DNA of 52,716 nt from Ilumatobacter sp. (GCA_041596155.1 JBFHJC010000001.1:1-52716), one strand, 5' to 3'; shown: positions 19,894 to 30,528, counted from the stretch's first letter. Notes: generated by a model from the letters alone, not told the origin. Made by a program: numbers and translations.

Positions 19894-19945
19894 GGCCTGA
19901 GTCTGCCGCACACCGAGGCTCGGCCGCACCCCGGTCGCGAGGGCG

Positions 19946-20452
19946 TCAGATGCCCGGGCCCTCCGAGCGCACTCGCTCGACCGCGCCGAGCGCCTCGCGG
20001 AGCTCGTCGAGCCACTCGGCGGTGTGTTCGCCCACCAGCTTCACGCACCATGCGAGCGCCTCGGCGCGCGAGCGGGCGACGCCGGCGCCGATCAGGGTGT
20101 CGAGCACCTGCCGCTCCGGTTGGCGCAGCCGTGTCATCGTCGGGACGGCCAGGTGGGTGAACAGCGCCCGCCGATCACCGATCGCGACGCCCCATGCGAC
20201 CTTGCGGTCGAAGCGGTGTTCGATCTCGCGTGCGATCGCGATCCGCTGCTGCTTCGTCTCGTCCCGGAAGCCGGCGATCCGGCCGGCGATCGCTTCGTCG
20301 CGCACGTCGTCGTCGGCCGCCGGTGGTTCGATCGAGAGCGTGATCGTGATCTCGTCGCGGTCGACGGCGACGTGCGGCTCACCGGCGGCCGTCCAGGCGG
20401 CGGGGAGACGGGCGGTCACGTAGGCGCTGATCTCGGCCGGTGTCGCTTCCAT
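19946..20452 (-). CDS. Conserved actinobacterial protein with a C-terminal ribbon-helix-helix-like motif
   Basis: 'PTMTRLRQPERQVLDTLIGAGVARSRAEALAWCVKLV' follows the beta-strand/helix/G..SR.EA.. pattern of RHH proteins. Confidence 0.7.
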   Translation of the reverse strand: MEATPAEISAYVTARLPAAWTAAGEPHVAVDRDEITITLSIEPPAADDDVRDEAIAGRIAGFRDETKQQRIAIAREIEHRFDRKVAWGVAIGDRRALFTHLAVPTMTRLRQPERQVLDTLIGAGVARSRAEALAWCVKLVGEHTAEWLDELREALGAVERVRSEGPGI

Positions 20453-20474
20453 GTAATATCAATTACACCATTAC
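20452..20474. promoter_or_regulatory. TGTAAT-N4-ATTACA inverted repeat plus extra ATTAC at the start of the RHH-like gene
   Basis: tgtaatatcaattacaccattac, an AT-rich patch overlapping the start codon. Confidence 0.5.
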
Positions 20475-20548
20475 GGCGCAAGATGCAACGCGAGATCCCG
20501 GCGGACGCGCGGGAACCGCTCGAGCATGTCGTGCGTTCGCGGGGCGGG

Positions 20549-21556
20549 TCAGAGGGCGCTGGCGCGGACGGCGCCACGCTTCTGCAGGAAGTCGCCGACC
20601 TGGTTGAGCGCCAGCACGGTCAGGGTCAGCGCGATCGACGGCCAGAACACCTGGGCGGAGTTGACCTTGATGTCGCGTCGCGCCTGGTTGATCATGTTGC
20701 CCCAGGTCGGCGTCGGCAGCTGGACGCTCAGTCCGAGGAACGACAGCGACCCCTCGACCACGATGACGAAGGCCGCCGCGACCATCGCGTACGACAGCAG
20801 CGTCGGCATGACGTTGGGGATGATCTCGCGCAACAGGATCCGGTGCGGTTTGGTGCCGATCGCTCGCGCCGCGGTCACGAACTCGCGGTTCGAGATCGCG
20901 AGGCTGTTGGCGCGGGCGACGCGGGTATATGCCGGGATCGAGAGCACCCCGATCACGAGGCTGATGACGAAGAGGTCGCGGACCTCGAAGATCGACACCA
21001 GCGCCAGCAGCAGGATGAGCGCCGGGAAGGCGAGGATGACGTCGATCAGCGACATCACGACCGTCTCGGTCTTGCCGCGGACGAACCCGACGAGCGAGCC
21101 GAGCAGGCCGCCGATGACGACGCCGCAAGCCGCCGAGACGAGGGCCACGATCAGGCTGACCCAGCCACCGTGGACGATGCGGGCGAACGTGTCGCGGGCG
21201 AGCGCCTCGGTGCCGAGCCAATGGTCGGCCGACGGGCTCTCGAGCGGAACCCCGGTACCGAACTCACCGGTCCTGGCGTTGAAGTTGTTGGTCTGGAGGT
21301 TCGGGTCCTGCAGCGGGAGCGCACCGTCGAACACGGTGACGTCGAGCTTGGCGTAGATCGCTCCGAACACGACGAGGACCAGCCAGATCGCCGAGATCTT
21401 CACGAGGATCGGCATCTCGCGGAACACCTCCCAGGGTGTCGCGCGGCGGGGCTTGCCGGCCTTGGCCGGCGCGTCCGGCTGGATCGCCGTCGAGACCGGG
21501 CTCAGCCGATCGCGTGGGAAGTCAGGTGTGTGCGGTTCGGCGTCGGTGGTCGACAT
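20549..21556 (-). CDS. ABC transporter permease (OppC/DppC-like)
   Basis: HWLGT..LARD.FARIVHG, EFV.AARAIG, SLSFLGL.VQ.P.PTWG.MI. Confidence 0.92.
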   Translation of the reverse strand: MSTTDAEPHTPDFPRDRLSPVSTAIQPDAPAKAGKPRRATPWEVFREMPILVKISAIWLVLVVFGAIYAKLDVTVFDGALPLQDPNLQTNNFNARTGEFGTGVPLESPSADHWLGTEALARDTFARIVHGGWVSLIVALVSAACGVVIGGLLGSLVGFVRGKTETVVMSLIDVILAFPALILLLALVSIFEVRDLFVISLVIGVLSIPAYTRVARANSLAISNREFVTAARAIGTKPHRILLREIIPNVMPTLLSYAMVAAAFVIVVEGSLSFLGLSVQLPTPTWGNMINQARRDIKVNSAQVFWPSIALTLTVLALNQVGDFLQKRGAVRASAL

Positions 21557-21559
21557 CGG

Positions 21560-22510
21560 TCACCCCTTCCGGATCCGCGGGTCGATGACGGCGTACAGGA
21601 GGTCGACGACGGTGTTGATGACGACGTAGACCGTGGCGATGAAGACGGTGATGCCCTGGATCACGAGGATGTCGCGCTGGTTGATCGCGTTGATGAGGCG
21701 GAATCCGAGACCGGGGACGGCGAACAGGGTCTCGATGACGACCGTGCCGCCGAGCAGTGCGCCGAAGTTGATGCCGATGATCGTCATCAGCGAGAGCGAC
21801 GAGGGACGCAGTGCGTGGCGGAGGAGGATGAAGCGGTCGTTGAGACCCTTGGCCCGCGCCGCGAGGATGTAGTTCTCCTGCAGGGTGGCGATCATGTCGG
21901 AGCGCACGAGCCGGGAGAAGATGGCCATCTGCGTCATCGCCAGGGCGGTCGCCGGCATGATCGCGGTCTTGAGGTTGTCGACGAGGCCGTCGCCGATGCG
22001 GTTCCAGTTGGACGCCGGCAGCCACTGCAGCTGCACCGCGAACAGCCAGATGAGGAAGATGCCGGTGATGAAGTTGGGTACGGAGAGCGCGACCTGGACC
22101 CCGGCCGAGCTGACGCTGTCGGGCCAACGGCCCTGCTTGTAGGCGCCGACCACGCCGATCGGCACCGCCAGGATGACGGCGATGATGATGGCCATGATGG
22201 CGAGCTGGGCGGTGACCGGCACGCGGTCCTTGATCGTGCCCATGACCGATTGGCCACGGTTGATGTACGACTCGCCGAGGTCGCCGCGCGCGGCGTCGCC
22301 CAGCCAGTCGGCGTAGCGGACGAGGAACGGCCGGTCGAGGCCGAGGTCCTGGCGGACCTGCTGGAGCAGCTCCTCGTTCTGGACGTCGCCGCCGAGCACG
22401 GCGACGGCCGGATCCCCGGGAAGGAGGGCGGTCAGGCTGAAGGTCAGGAACGTCACGGCCAGCAGCGTCAACACGAGACGCGCCAGCCGCGACGCGATCA
22501 CCTTCGCCAT
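21560..22510 (-). CDS. ABC transporter permease (OppB/DppB-like)
   Basis: LPGDPA, LGLDRP..VRY..WL, YILAARAKGL, HALR.S, ETLFAVPGLG, DLLYAVIDPRIR. Confidence 0.93.
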   Translation of the reverse strand: MAKVIASRLARLVLTLLAVTFLTFSLTALLPGDPAVAVLGGDVQNEELLQQVRQDLGLDRPFLVRYADWLGDAARGDLGESYINRGQSVMGTIKDRVPVTAQLAIMAIIIAVILAVPIGVVGAYKQGRWPDSVSSAGVQVALSVPNFITGIFLIWLFAVQLQWLPASNWNRIGDGLVDNLKTAIMPATALAMTQMAIFSRLVRSDMIATLQENYILAARAKGLNDRFILLRHALRPSSLSLMTIIGINFGALLGGTVVIETLFAVPGLGFRLINAINQRDILVIQGITVFIATVYVVINTVVDLLYAVIDPRIRKG

Positions 22511-22559
22511 CTCACACCTCCTTCCCGGGGTCGGTCATCGTCGTACTCGGATCAGCGGA

Positions 22560-24407
22560 TCAGCCGGCGAGGAAGACCTCGGCCCAGCGGCCCTCGGCGG
22601 CCGGGAAGCCGATGCCGAGCTCACCGCTCGGCACGCGCCATCCGTTGATGCCCTGCACGTTGGGCTTCGTGGCGATCATCGTCGCGGTGTGTCCCGAGTA
22701 CCAGATCGGGATCTCCTCGGCGATGGTCAGCATGATCTGCTCGTAGAGGGCCTTGCGCTCCTCGAAGTCGTCCGTGCGGATCGCCGCCTGGGCGGCCTCG
22801 AACGACTCGGGGCTCCACCAGTTGGGGAAGTTGAGCGGCGAGACGACACCGGGCAGGCCGGCGGCCTCGGCGACCTCCGCGGTCGGCGGAGCGAGGAACG
22901 GGTTGATGGCGATCGACGGATCGTCCTCGCCGCTCCAGCGCCAGCAGTGCGCCTGATGGGTGCCGACGAAGCCGTTGTCGCCGCCGAGCGCGATGCCGAT
23001 GTGGGTCTGCTGGTCGAAGTTCGTCAACGTGACGTTGACCAGGCCGCTCGCCGTCCACGTCTGCTCGGCCACCTGCATGGCGGCGATCAGGGTCGGGTCG
23101 GGCGGGCACGACAGCTCGACGTCGATTGGCTCACCAGCGGCCTTGCCGTCGGAGCGGGCCGGGTCGTTGATGTACTCCGAGAGGGTCGCGACGCCCTTCT
23201 CGAAGTCGAACGTCGGCCACGCGTCGGCGACCGCCTGCGAGTACCACGGCGAGTCGGGGCTGAACCACTGAGTGCCCGGCAGCGAGATGCCCGTGCCGCC
23301 GAGCGCTTCGATGGTCTGCTCCTGGCTGGCCATCTCGATCAGACCGCGGCGGACGCGGACGTCGTCGAACGGGGCGACGAGCACGTTGAACATGCCGCCG
23401 CCGACGTTGTTGCCCTGGAACTCGAGCAGGACGATGTCGTCGCCGCCGTCGCGCGCCGCACGAGCATCGCGGATGGTGCCCTGACGCAACGACTGGATGG
23501 CGTCGACGGTCCCCGACAAGAGGGCGTCGAGCCGCGTGCCCTCGTCGGGGATCGGCCGGAAGGCGATCGAGTCGAGGAACGGCAGCTGGTTCCCGTCGGC
23601 GTCGGTGTACCAGTAGTTCGGGTTGCGGACGACGACGGTCTCGTTGTCGAGGTCGCGCGACTCGATCATGAACGGGCCGGTACCGATCGGGTTGTTGGTG
23701 TAGCCGTCGAGGTCGGCGGCGGCCGCCGCCGGGTCGAACGGCATGCCGAGCGGGGCCCGGGCGAGGTACGCCGGGAACGCCGAGTTCGACTGGCTCAGGG
23801 TGTAGGTGACCTCGAGGTCACCCGTGGCCTCCACGCCCGCCAGGTTCGCCGAAGCGATCTGGCCCGACGCCGTGGCGCCTTCCTGCTGGATCGGGAACAT
23901 GTCGGCGATCGTCTGTGCGGTCAGCTCGACACCGTTGTGGAAGGTCACACCCGGTCGGAGCGTCACCGTCCAGACGGTGAAGTCCTCGTTGGGGGTGAAC
24001 GACTCGGCGAGGTACGGGGCGTACTCGCCGTTCACGTCCTGCTCGACGAGCTTGTCGTAGAGCGTGACCATCATGTTGTAACAGGGGGACGAGCAGGTGT
24101 CCTCCCAGGGGCGCAGGCCGGTGGCCTCCGCCTCGAGGCCGACGGCGATCGAGCCGCCGTAGGTCTTCTCGATCGTGTCGTCGACCTCTTCGACCTCGGT
24201 GTCGACGTCGCCCTCGGCCTGGGCCGGCTCGTCGGCGGGTTCCTCGGCGGGTTCGTCGGCCGGTTCCTCGGCGGGTTCCTCCGCCGGTTCCTCGGCCGGC
24301 TCTTCGGCCGGTTCCTCGGCGGTGTCGTCGTCGCCACCGCAGGCGGCGACGAACATGCCGACGGCTGCGATGAGAGCAAACGACCTCTGCAAGCGTCGCT
24401 TCTTCAT
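22560..24407 (-). CDS. ABC transporter substrate-binding lipoprotein (family 5)
   Basis: Lipobox VAAC, acidic linker, LRPGVTFHNG, PIGTGPF, RNPNYW, PFDDVRVRR. Confidence 0.92.
   Translation of the reverse strand: MKKRRLQRSFALIAAVGMFVAACGGDDDTAEEPAEEPAEEPAEEPAEEPADEPAEEPADEPAQAEGDVDTEVEEVDDTIEKTYGGSIAVGLEAEATGLRPWEDTCSSPCYNMMVTLYDKLVEQDVNGEYAPYLAESFTPNEDFTVWTVTLRPGVTFHNGVELTAQTIADMFPIQQEGATASGQIASANLAGVEATGDLEVTYTLSQSNSAFPAYLARAPLGMPFDPAAAAADLDGYTNNPIGTGPFMIESRDLDNETVVVRNPNYWYTDADGNQLPFLDSIAFRPIPDEGTRLDALLSGTVDAIQSLRQGTIRDARAARDGGDDIVLLEFQGNNVGGGMFNVLVAPFDDVRVRRGLIEMASQEQTIEALGGTGISLPGTQWFSPDSPWYSQAVADAWPTFDFEKGVATLSEYINDPARSDGKAAGEPIDVELSCPPDPTLIAAMQVAEQTWTASGLVNVTLTNFDQQTHIGIALGGDNGFVGTHQAHCWRWSGEDDPSIAINPFLAPPTAEVAEAAGLPGVVSPLNFPNWWSPESFEAAQAAIRTDDFEERKALYEQIMLTIAEEIPIWYSGHTATMIATKPNVQGINGWRVPSGELGIGFPAAEGRWAEVFLAG
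24222..24320 (-). repeat. Degenerate 12-bp coding repeat (EEPA/DEPA linker)
   Basis: AEEPAEEPAEEPAEEPAEEPADEPAEEPADEPA after the lipobox. Confidence 0.85.
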
Positions 24408-24515
24408 GCGGTGGATCTCCCCCTCATGTGGATGGGAGCTGGGCTCCCGTGGATTGGTTGGTGAGCGGCACTCGTGAGCGCCGGGCGGATGCGAACCTGG
24501 AATCGACCTGCGACC

Positions 24516-25529
24516 TCAGGTGATTGCCACCTCCTCGACGTCGGCGAGCGGATGGTGGCATGCGACGTAGTGAGCGTCGTTGACCCGGCGCATCTGCGGC
24601 TCCTCGGTCGAGCAGCGCTCGGTGGCGCGGTCGCAGCGGGTGCGGAACCGGCAACCCGACGGTGGGGCGATCGGCGACGGCAGCTCACCGCCGGCAACGA
24701 CGGTCTCGTCGATCTCGGCGTCGGGATTCGGCTCGGGATGCGATTCCATGAGCAGCTTCGTGTACGGATGCGCCGGATGCGCGTACAGCTCGTCGCTCTC
24801 GGACAGCTCGCACATCTTGCCGAGATACATGACGGCGACGCGATCGCTGATGTTCTTGACGACAGCCAAGTCGTGGGCGATGAAGACCAGTGTCAGGCCG
24901 TACTTGGCCTTGAGGTCCTCGAGCAGGTTGAGGATCTGGGCCTGCACGCTGACGTCGAGCGCCGACACCGGCTCGTCGCAGATGATCAGGTCGGGTTCCA
25001 TGACGAGAGCTCGCGCGATCGAGATGCGCTGACACTGTCCGCCCGAGAACTCGTGCGGGTACTTGTAGCGCGCCACGTCGGGGTCGATGCCGACGGCGTC
25101 GAGCATCTCCGACACGATCTTCCACTGCTCGTCCTTGTCCTTCGGACCCCACACCTGCAGCGGCTCGGCGACCACCTCACCGATCGTGCGGCGCGGGTTG
25201 AGCGACGAGATCGGGTCCTGGAAGATCATCTGGATGTCGGTGCGCTTGGCGCGCACCGCCTGGCCGTCGAGCTTCGTGAGGTCGTCGCCCAGCAGCTCGA
25301 CCTTGCCGCTGGTCGGGCGTGGGAGCTGCAGCACGGCCCGCCCGGTCGTCGACTTGCCGCACCCCGACTCGCCGACGAGGCCGAGCGTCTCGCCCTTGGC
25401 GATGTCGAAGCTGATGCCGCTGACCGCGTGCACCACCTTGCCCGGCCCGGCCGGAAACTCGACCACCAGATCCTCGACGCGCAGCAGGGTGTCGCCGCTG
25501 CGAAGGTGCGCCTTGCCCGAACCGGCCAT
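24516..25529 (-). CDS. ABC transporter ATP-binding protein (OppF/DppF-like)
   Basis: [28 protein letters not shown]-terminal PPSGCRF..RC...C. TAATG coupling to the upstream gene. Confidence 0.93.
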   Translation of the reverse strand: MAGSGKAHLRSGDTLLRVEDLVVEFPAGPGKVVHAVSGISFDIAKGETLGLVGESGCGKSTTGRAVLQLPRPTSGKVELLGDDLTKLDGQAVRAKRTDIQMIFQDPISSLNPRRTIGEVVAEPLQVWGPKDKDEQWKIVSEMLDAVGIDPDVARYKYPHEFSGGQCQRISIARALVMEPDLIICDEPVSALDVSVQAQILNLLEDLKAKYGLTLVFIAHDLAVVKNISDRVAVMYLGKMCELSESDELYAHPAHPYTKLLMESHPEPNPDAEIDETVVAGGELPSPIAPPSGCRFRTRCDRATERCSTEEPQMRRVNDAHYVACHHPLADVEEVAIT

Positions 25530-26752
25530 TACTGCATGCTCCCCGTGCCACGGGCCGACGCGTCGCCGAGGGCGCTCGCGACCTCGGTGCCCACCGGGCC
25601 GCCGCGGCCGTCGACGACCGCAGCGGCGTGCTTGCGCAGCTCCGAGAGATCCTCGGTGGCCGAGATGCGGCCGGCGGCCGTGAGCGTGGCAGGCACGCCG
25701 GCGGCGAGGTTGCGCTCGTACGCCTCCTGGTTCTCGGGCGTGCCGACCGGGATGTGGCAGGCGAAGTCGTGGCGGGCACCGGGGCCGGGTCGCAGCACCG
25801 GCTCCTCCTCGTGGCACACCTGCTGGGCGTACGGGCAGCGCGGGGCGAACTTGCAGCCCTTCGGCGGGTTGATCAGGTCGGGTGGTCGGCCGGCGATCGC
25901 GCTCAGGCGGGTGTGCTTCGGCTGCGACGTCTTCGGGATGGACCACAGCAGCGACTGGGTGTACGGATGGCGCATCTCGGCGAACAGGACCCGCGTCGGC
26001 GCCTTCTCGACGATGCGGCCGGCGTACATGACCGCGATCTCGTCGGCGCGGGTGGCCACGACGCCGAGGTCGTGGGTCACGAGGATCATCGCCATCGCAC
26101 GGTCGGCCTGCTGCTGGGCGAGCAGATTGAGGATCTGGTGCTGGACGGTGACGTCGAGCGCGGTCGTCGGCTCATCGGCGAACAGCATCTTCGGGCCGCA
26201 CGCCAATGCGATCGCGATGCACACCCGTTGGCGCATGCCGCCCGACATCTGGTGCGGATAGTTGTCGAAGCGCTGCTCGGGCTCGGGGATGCGCACCGAC
26301 CGCAACAGCTCGATCGCGGTGGCCTTGGCGTCGTTCTTGGAGGTGCCGTAGTGGTGACGGATGTGCTCGGTGAGCTGGCGGCCCACCTTGACCACCGGGT
26401 TGAGCGACGTCATCGGGTCCTGGAACACCATCGCCATCTCGGCGCCCCAGAGTCGCTTCATGTCCTTGGGGCGCTTGCCGACGAGCTCGACGCCGTCGTA
26501 GGAGACCGAGCCGGTGGTGACCGCGTTGCGAGCCGTGGTGAGGCCCATGATCGAGCGCGACAGCACCGTCTTGCCCGAGCCGGATTCACCGACGACGCCG
26601 AGGGTCTGTCCGCGGGCGAGGGTGAACGACACGCCGTCGACCGCTTTCACCGCGCCGGCGGGGACGTGGAAGTGGGTCCGCAGGTCGTCGACGACGAGCA
26701 GGTCGTCGGTCGCAGGACCGGCCACCCCTTCGGCGTCTGACGTCAGCGTCAT
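25529..26752 (-). CDS. ABC transporter ATP-binding protein (OppD/DppD-like)
   Basis: [45 protein letters not shown] before MTLTSD. Confidence 0.93.
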   Translation of the reverse strand: MTLTSDAEGVAGPATDDLLVVDDLRTHFHVPAGAVKAVDGVSFTLARGQTLGVVGESGSGKTVLSRSIMGLTTARNAVTTGSVSYDGVELVGKRPKDMKRLWGAEMAMVFQDPMTSLNPVVKVGRQLTEHIRHHYGTSKNDAKATAIELLRSVRIPEPEQRFDNYPHQMSGGMRQRVCIAIALACGPKMLFADEPTTALDVTVQHQILNLLAQQQADRAMAMILVTHDLGVVATRADEIAVMYAGRIVEKAPTRVLFAEMRHPYTQSLLWSIPKTSQPKHTRLSAIAGRPPDLINPPKGCKFAPRCPYAQQVCHEEEPVLRPGPGARHDFACHIPVGTPENQEAYERNLAAGVPATLTAAGRISATEDLSELRKHAAAVVDGRGGPVGTEVASALGDASARGTGSMQ

Positions 26753-26956
26753 GCGGTGACTCCCCCTGTCTGCAGTCGAGTGACGTGCGTCACATGTCCC
26801 CTTCGCCCGATGGTATCCCCAGACGGCCGGCGGACGCGTGCGCGACCGGCCCGAGCGCCGCAAACTAGCCGTCCCCTTCTACGACGGTCCACCTGAGCGT
26901 GGACCGTGACGTCGCCGACGCCGGATCCGACCCTCCGATCGGCGACAATCGCCGGC

Positions 26957-28129
26957 ATGGTCACCACCGCGGAGATCGCCGACCGGGCTCGCGAGTTCTA
27001 TCTCGGCCTCGACGAGCGGCTCGCCGGGGTCGACGGGCGCGTCGAGCGCGGCCGAACATATCGGCGTCTGCTCGCCGACGCCGGACTCGCCGGTCTGTCC
27101 TATCCGACCGCCGTCGGCGGCCAAGGGCTGAGCGAGGGCCACGAGGCCGCGTTCGCGGACGCGAGCCGGCCGCTCCTGCCGCCCGAGGACGCGATGTTCG
27201 CCATCGGGCTCGGGATGGCGATCCCGACCATCTGCGAGTACGGGTCCCACGAGCTCCAGCGGCGGTTCGTCGCGCCGGCGCTGCGCGGCGACGAGATCTG
27301 GTGCCAGTTGTTCTCCGAGCCCGGCGCCGGGTCCGATCTCGCCGGCCTGACCTGCAGGGCGGTCCGCGACGGCGACGAATGGGTCGTCACCGGCCAGAAG
27401 GTGTGGACGTCCGGGGCGCAGCATGCCGATCTCGCCGTCCTGATCGCCCGCACGGACCCCGACCTACCCAAGCACCGCGGCATCACGATGTTCGTGCTCG
27501 ACATGCGTCAACGGGGCGTCACCGTCAGGCCGCTCGTCCAGATGACCGGCGTCGCCGAGTTCAACGAGGTGTTCCTCGACGAGGCCCGCATCCCCGTCGA
27601 CTGGGTGGTCGGCGACGTCAACGGCGGCTGGCCACTGGCGGTCGCCCTGCTGGCCCACGAGCGAGCGACCCTCGGCCGCGGCACGACCACTGCGGCCGAG
27701 GGGCACTCGAAGGCCGGCCGTCAGCCGCTGCCGTACAGCGGGCTCGTCGAACGCGCCCGTCGGGCGGGTCGTCTCGACGATCCGGTCGTCCGCCAGGAGA
27801 TGGCCGCGGTGTACACGGGCGAGCGGCTCATCCCGTGGTCGGCGCAGCGGGGCGTGCACCCGTCGATCGGCAAGCTGTGGCGCACGATCCAGGGGCGGCG
27901 GGCGGCGCAGCTCGCCCACGCGCTCGGCGGCGCGAACGGCGCGGCGTGGGAGCTCGGCGACGTCGACGCCGACTACTGGGCGTACCACGTGCTCAACTGC
28001 CGCGGCATGTCGCTCGGTGGCGGCACCGACGAGATCCAGCGGAACACGCTCGGCGAACGGGTGCTCGGGCTGCCGCGCGAACCGGGGCCGGCACGCGACA
28101 CCCCGTTCCGCGAGCTGCCGCACAACTGA
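26957..28129 (+). CDS. Acyl-CoA dehydrogenase family protein
   Basis: WCQLFSEPGAGSDLAGL, GQKVWTS, FNEVFLD, GGGTDEIQRN..GERVLGLP. Confidence 0.92.
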   Translation: MVTTAEIADRAREFYLGLDERLAGVDGRVERGRTYRRLLADAGLAGLSYPTAVGGQGLSEGHEAAFADASRPLLPPEDAMFAIGLGMAIPTICEYGSHELQRRFVAPALRGDEIWCQLFSEPGAGSDLAGLTCRAVRDGDEWVVTGQKVWTSGAQHADLAVLIARTDPDLPKHRGITMFVLDMRQRGVTVRPLVQMTGVAEFNEVFLDEARIPVDWVVGDVNGGWPLAVALLAHERATLGRGTTTAAEGHSKAGRQPLPYSGLVERARRAGRLDDPVVRQEMAAVYTGERLIPWSAQRGVHPSIGKLWRTIQGRRAAQLAHALGGANGAAWELGDVDADYWAYHVLNCRGMSLGGGTDEIQRNTLGERVLGLPREPGPARDTPFRELPHN

Positions 28130-28207
28130 CGACGTCGTACCGCCGCCTCGCCGCGGCGGCCAGCGGGCCCCTAGCGTCCGGAGCGCCGACACCACACGGG
28201 AGGCGCG

Positions 28208-29434
28208 ATGAGCGACACCGCACCGGTCGACGACTGGGGCACCGACTACGACATCTTCGATCGCGAGTACGTGACCGATCCGGTGCCGATCTGGGCCGAC
28301 CTGCGCGGTCGTTGCCCGATCGCCCACAGCGATCGCTGGGGCGGCTCGTGGCTGCCGACCCGCTACGAGGACGTGCAGGCGATGGCCAAGATGGTGCCGG
28401 AGCTGTCGTCGCGAGATGTGCTGGTCGTGCCGCTGCCCGAAGCCGTCCGCAGCGACCCGAACTTCCAGAAGTACGGCGCCAACAGCCCGCCGATCAGCGC
28501 CGATCCGCCCGACCACACGTGGACGCGGCGCCTGCTCCTGCCCCACTTCTCCCCGAAGGCGGTCGAGGATCACCGCACCTACACCGAGGAGCTGTGTGAC
28601 CGCCTGATCGACGGGTTCATCGACGCGGGGACGGCCGACGCCGCCGGCGACTACGCCCAGCAGATCCCACCTCGCGTGATCGCCCACAAGCTCGGCATCG
28701 ACGAGGAGCGCGTCGACGAGTTCGTGTACTGGGTGCGCTGCGTGCTCGAGTTCGGCCTCACCAAGCCCGAGCTGCGCATCCAGTACCGCGACGTCATCCG
28801 CAACTTCTTCCGCGAGCTCGTCGCGGAGCGGGCCCAGGACCCGTCCGGCGACGACCTGGTCTCGGCGCTCCTGCGCGGCCTCGACGGTGACGGCGAGCGG
28901 ATCGACCCCGAGATCGTCGTCGGCATGTGCAACCTGCAGCTCGTCGCCGGCATCGACACGACCTGGAGCTCGATCGGCTCCGCCCTCTGGCACCTCGGCA
29001 CCCACGCCGACGACCGCCGGCGGCTCGCGGCCGAGCCCGAGCTGATGCCGCTCGCGATCGAGGAGTTCCTGCGGTACTACTCGCCCGTCACCATGGCCCG
29101 CGAGGTCGTCGCGGCGGTCGAGTACGGCGGCGTCACCCTGCAGCCCGGCGACAAGGTGCTGATGAACTTCCCGGGCGCCAACCACGACCCGGAGATCTTC
29201 GACCGACCCGACGAGTTCGTCATCGACCGTGAGCGGAACCGCCACGTCGCCTTCGGCGCCGGCATCCACCGGTGCGCCGGCAGCAACCTGGCGCGCCTCG
29301 AGATGGACGTCGCCCTCTCGACATGGATGCGCCGCATCCCGGAGTTCGAGGTCTCGGCGCCCGACGAGGTGACGTGGGCCGGGGGGCAGGTGCGCGGGCC
29401 GCGCTACGTGCCGGTCGCGTTCCCGGCCGGCTGA
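28208..29434 (+). CDS. Cytochrome P450
   Basis: AGIDTT (I-helix), EEFLR (ExxR), FGAGIHRCAG heme Cys. GGGAGG SD. Confidence 0.95.
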   Translation: MSDTAPVDDWGTDYDIFDREYVTDPVPIWADLRGRCPIAHSDRWGGSWLPTRYEDVQAMAKMVPELSSRDVLVVPLPEAVRSDPNFQKYGANSPPISADPPDHTWTRRLLLPHFSPKAVEDHRTYTEELCDRLIDGFIDAGTADAAGDYAQQIPPRVIAHKLGIDEERVDEFVYWVRCVLEFGLTKPELRIQYRDVIRNFFRELVAERAQDPSGDDLVSALLRGLDGDGERIDPEIVVGMCNLQLVAGIDTTWSSIGSALWHLGTHADDRRRLAAEPELMPLAIEEFLRYYSPVTMAREVVAAVEYGGVTLQPGDKVLMNFPGANHDPEIFDRPDEFVIDRERNRHVAFGAGIHRCAGSNLARLEMDVALSTWMRRIPEFEVSAPDEVTWAGGQVRGPRYVPVAFPAG

Positions 29435-30528
29435 GCGACGCCCCCCAGCACCCGACGCCGGCTCTCGAAGTCCTCACGGTTCACGTATCCGCCGCACATG
29501 TGGCGCCGCCCGGTGAACGCGGTGCGGCCGTGCAGCAGCCGCCAGTTGTCGAACAACACCGCTTCGCCCGGCGCCAGCGCGTGGCGCCACTGGAACGCCG
29601 GATCGTCCGCCAGACGGCCGAACGCGCGCACGGCCGCGTAGAGCCGGTCCGCGCCGTCCGCCGCCGGCGCGAACGGCGCCCGATCGGCGGTGTTGTACGA
29701 GACCTGGACGACGCGCCCTCGAGGGTCGAGTCGCAGTGGCGGCCGCGTCGCCTCGAGCCATGCGTCGTCGCCGAGATAGCGGCCCGTGACGGGGGTCGTC
29801 GCCAGCACGTCGAACAGATCCGGCTCCCGGGACCGCAGCTCGTCGGCGATCCGGAAGCCGTCGACGAGCACCGTCTCGCCGCCGTCGCCGTCGAAGTCGA
29901 GGCACAGCAGCAGCTGGAGGCCGGGCGCGTCGAGCGAGTAGGTGCCGTCGGTGTGGGGCCGCAGCGCCAGCGCCGTGTACGCGGTGTCCGCCCTGGCGAG
30001 GTCGGCGGTGAAGTCCCACATCCCGCCGAAGATCGTCTCGCGGACGTAGCCGATCCGGCGCAACACGAGCTCGGCGGCCTCGACCGTGGTCGGTGCCGCC
30101 GTGATCAGCCCGAACCCGGTCCGGGCGAGGTCGTCGAGCAGCGGCCGGACTCCATCGGACGATCCGACGATGCTGGCGTGGGGGTGGGGCCGCACCTCGA
30201 CCGAGCCGGCATCCCACGGCTCGGCGACGTCGCGCAGCTCGCCTCCGTCATCGGCCCCGCGGAGCGCGGCCAGGAACGACGCGGGCAACACCGACGGCTC
30301 GGTCACGCCGGGCCAGTCGACCTCGATCCGGTCGCCCACGAGCCGCGCCGCGAGCGGACGATCGGTCGGGTCGCGGTCGAGCGGATCGACGAGACGCTGC
30401 AGGGTGACCGGGTGCAGCGTCGCCGGGTCGTGGGAGTGGTCCCGCACCCACAGCCAGGAGTACTGCGTCTCGGCGCCGTCCGACCAGCGGACGACCATGC
30501 GCTCGGCGGCCTCGACGGAATCGATCAC
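29404..30528 (-). CDS. TauD/TfdA-family 2OG-Fe(II) dioxygenase, trimethyllysine/gamma-butyrobetaine hydroxylase-like
   Basis: N-terminal W.RDH....HP.T.QRL, ET.FG..W, AYT...L..HTDGTY (HxD), DGF, FDNWRLLHGR.AF.G.R.MCG.Y. Confidence 0.85.
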   Translation of the reverse strand: MIDSVEAAERMVVRWSDGAETQYSWLWVRDHSHDPATLHPVTLQRLVDPLDRDPTDRPLAARLVGDRIEVDWPGVTEPSVLPASFLAALRGADDGGELRDVAEPWDAGSVEVRPHPHASIVGSSDGVRPLLDDLARTGFGLITAAPTTVEAAELVLRRIGYVRETIFGGMWDFTADLARADTAYTALALRPHTDGTYSLDAPGLQLLLCLDFDGDGGETVLVDGFRIADELRSREPDLFDVLATTPVTGRYLGDDAWLEATRPPLRLDPRGRVVQVSYNTADRAPFAPAADGADRLYAAVRAFGRLADDPAFQWRHALAPGEAVLFDNWRLLHGRTAFTGRRHMCGGYVNREDFESRRRVLGGVAQPAGNATGT

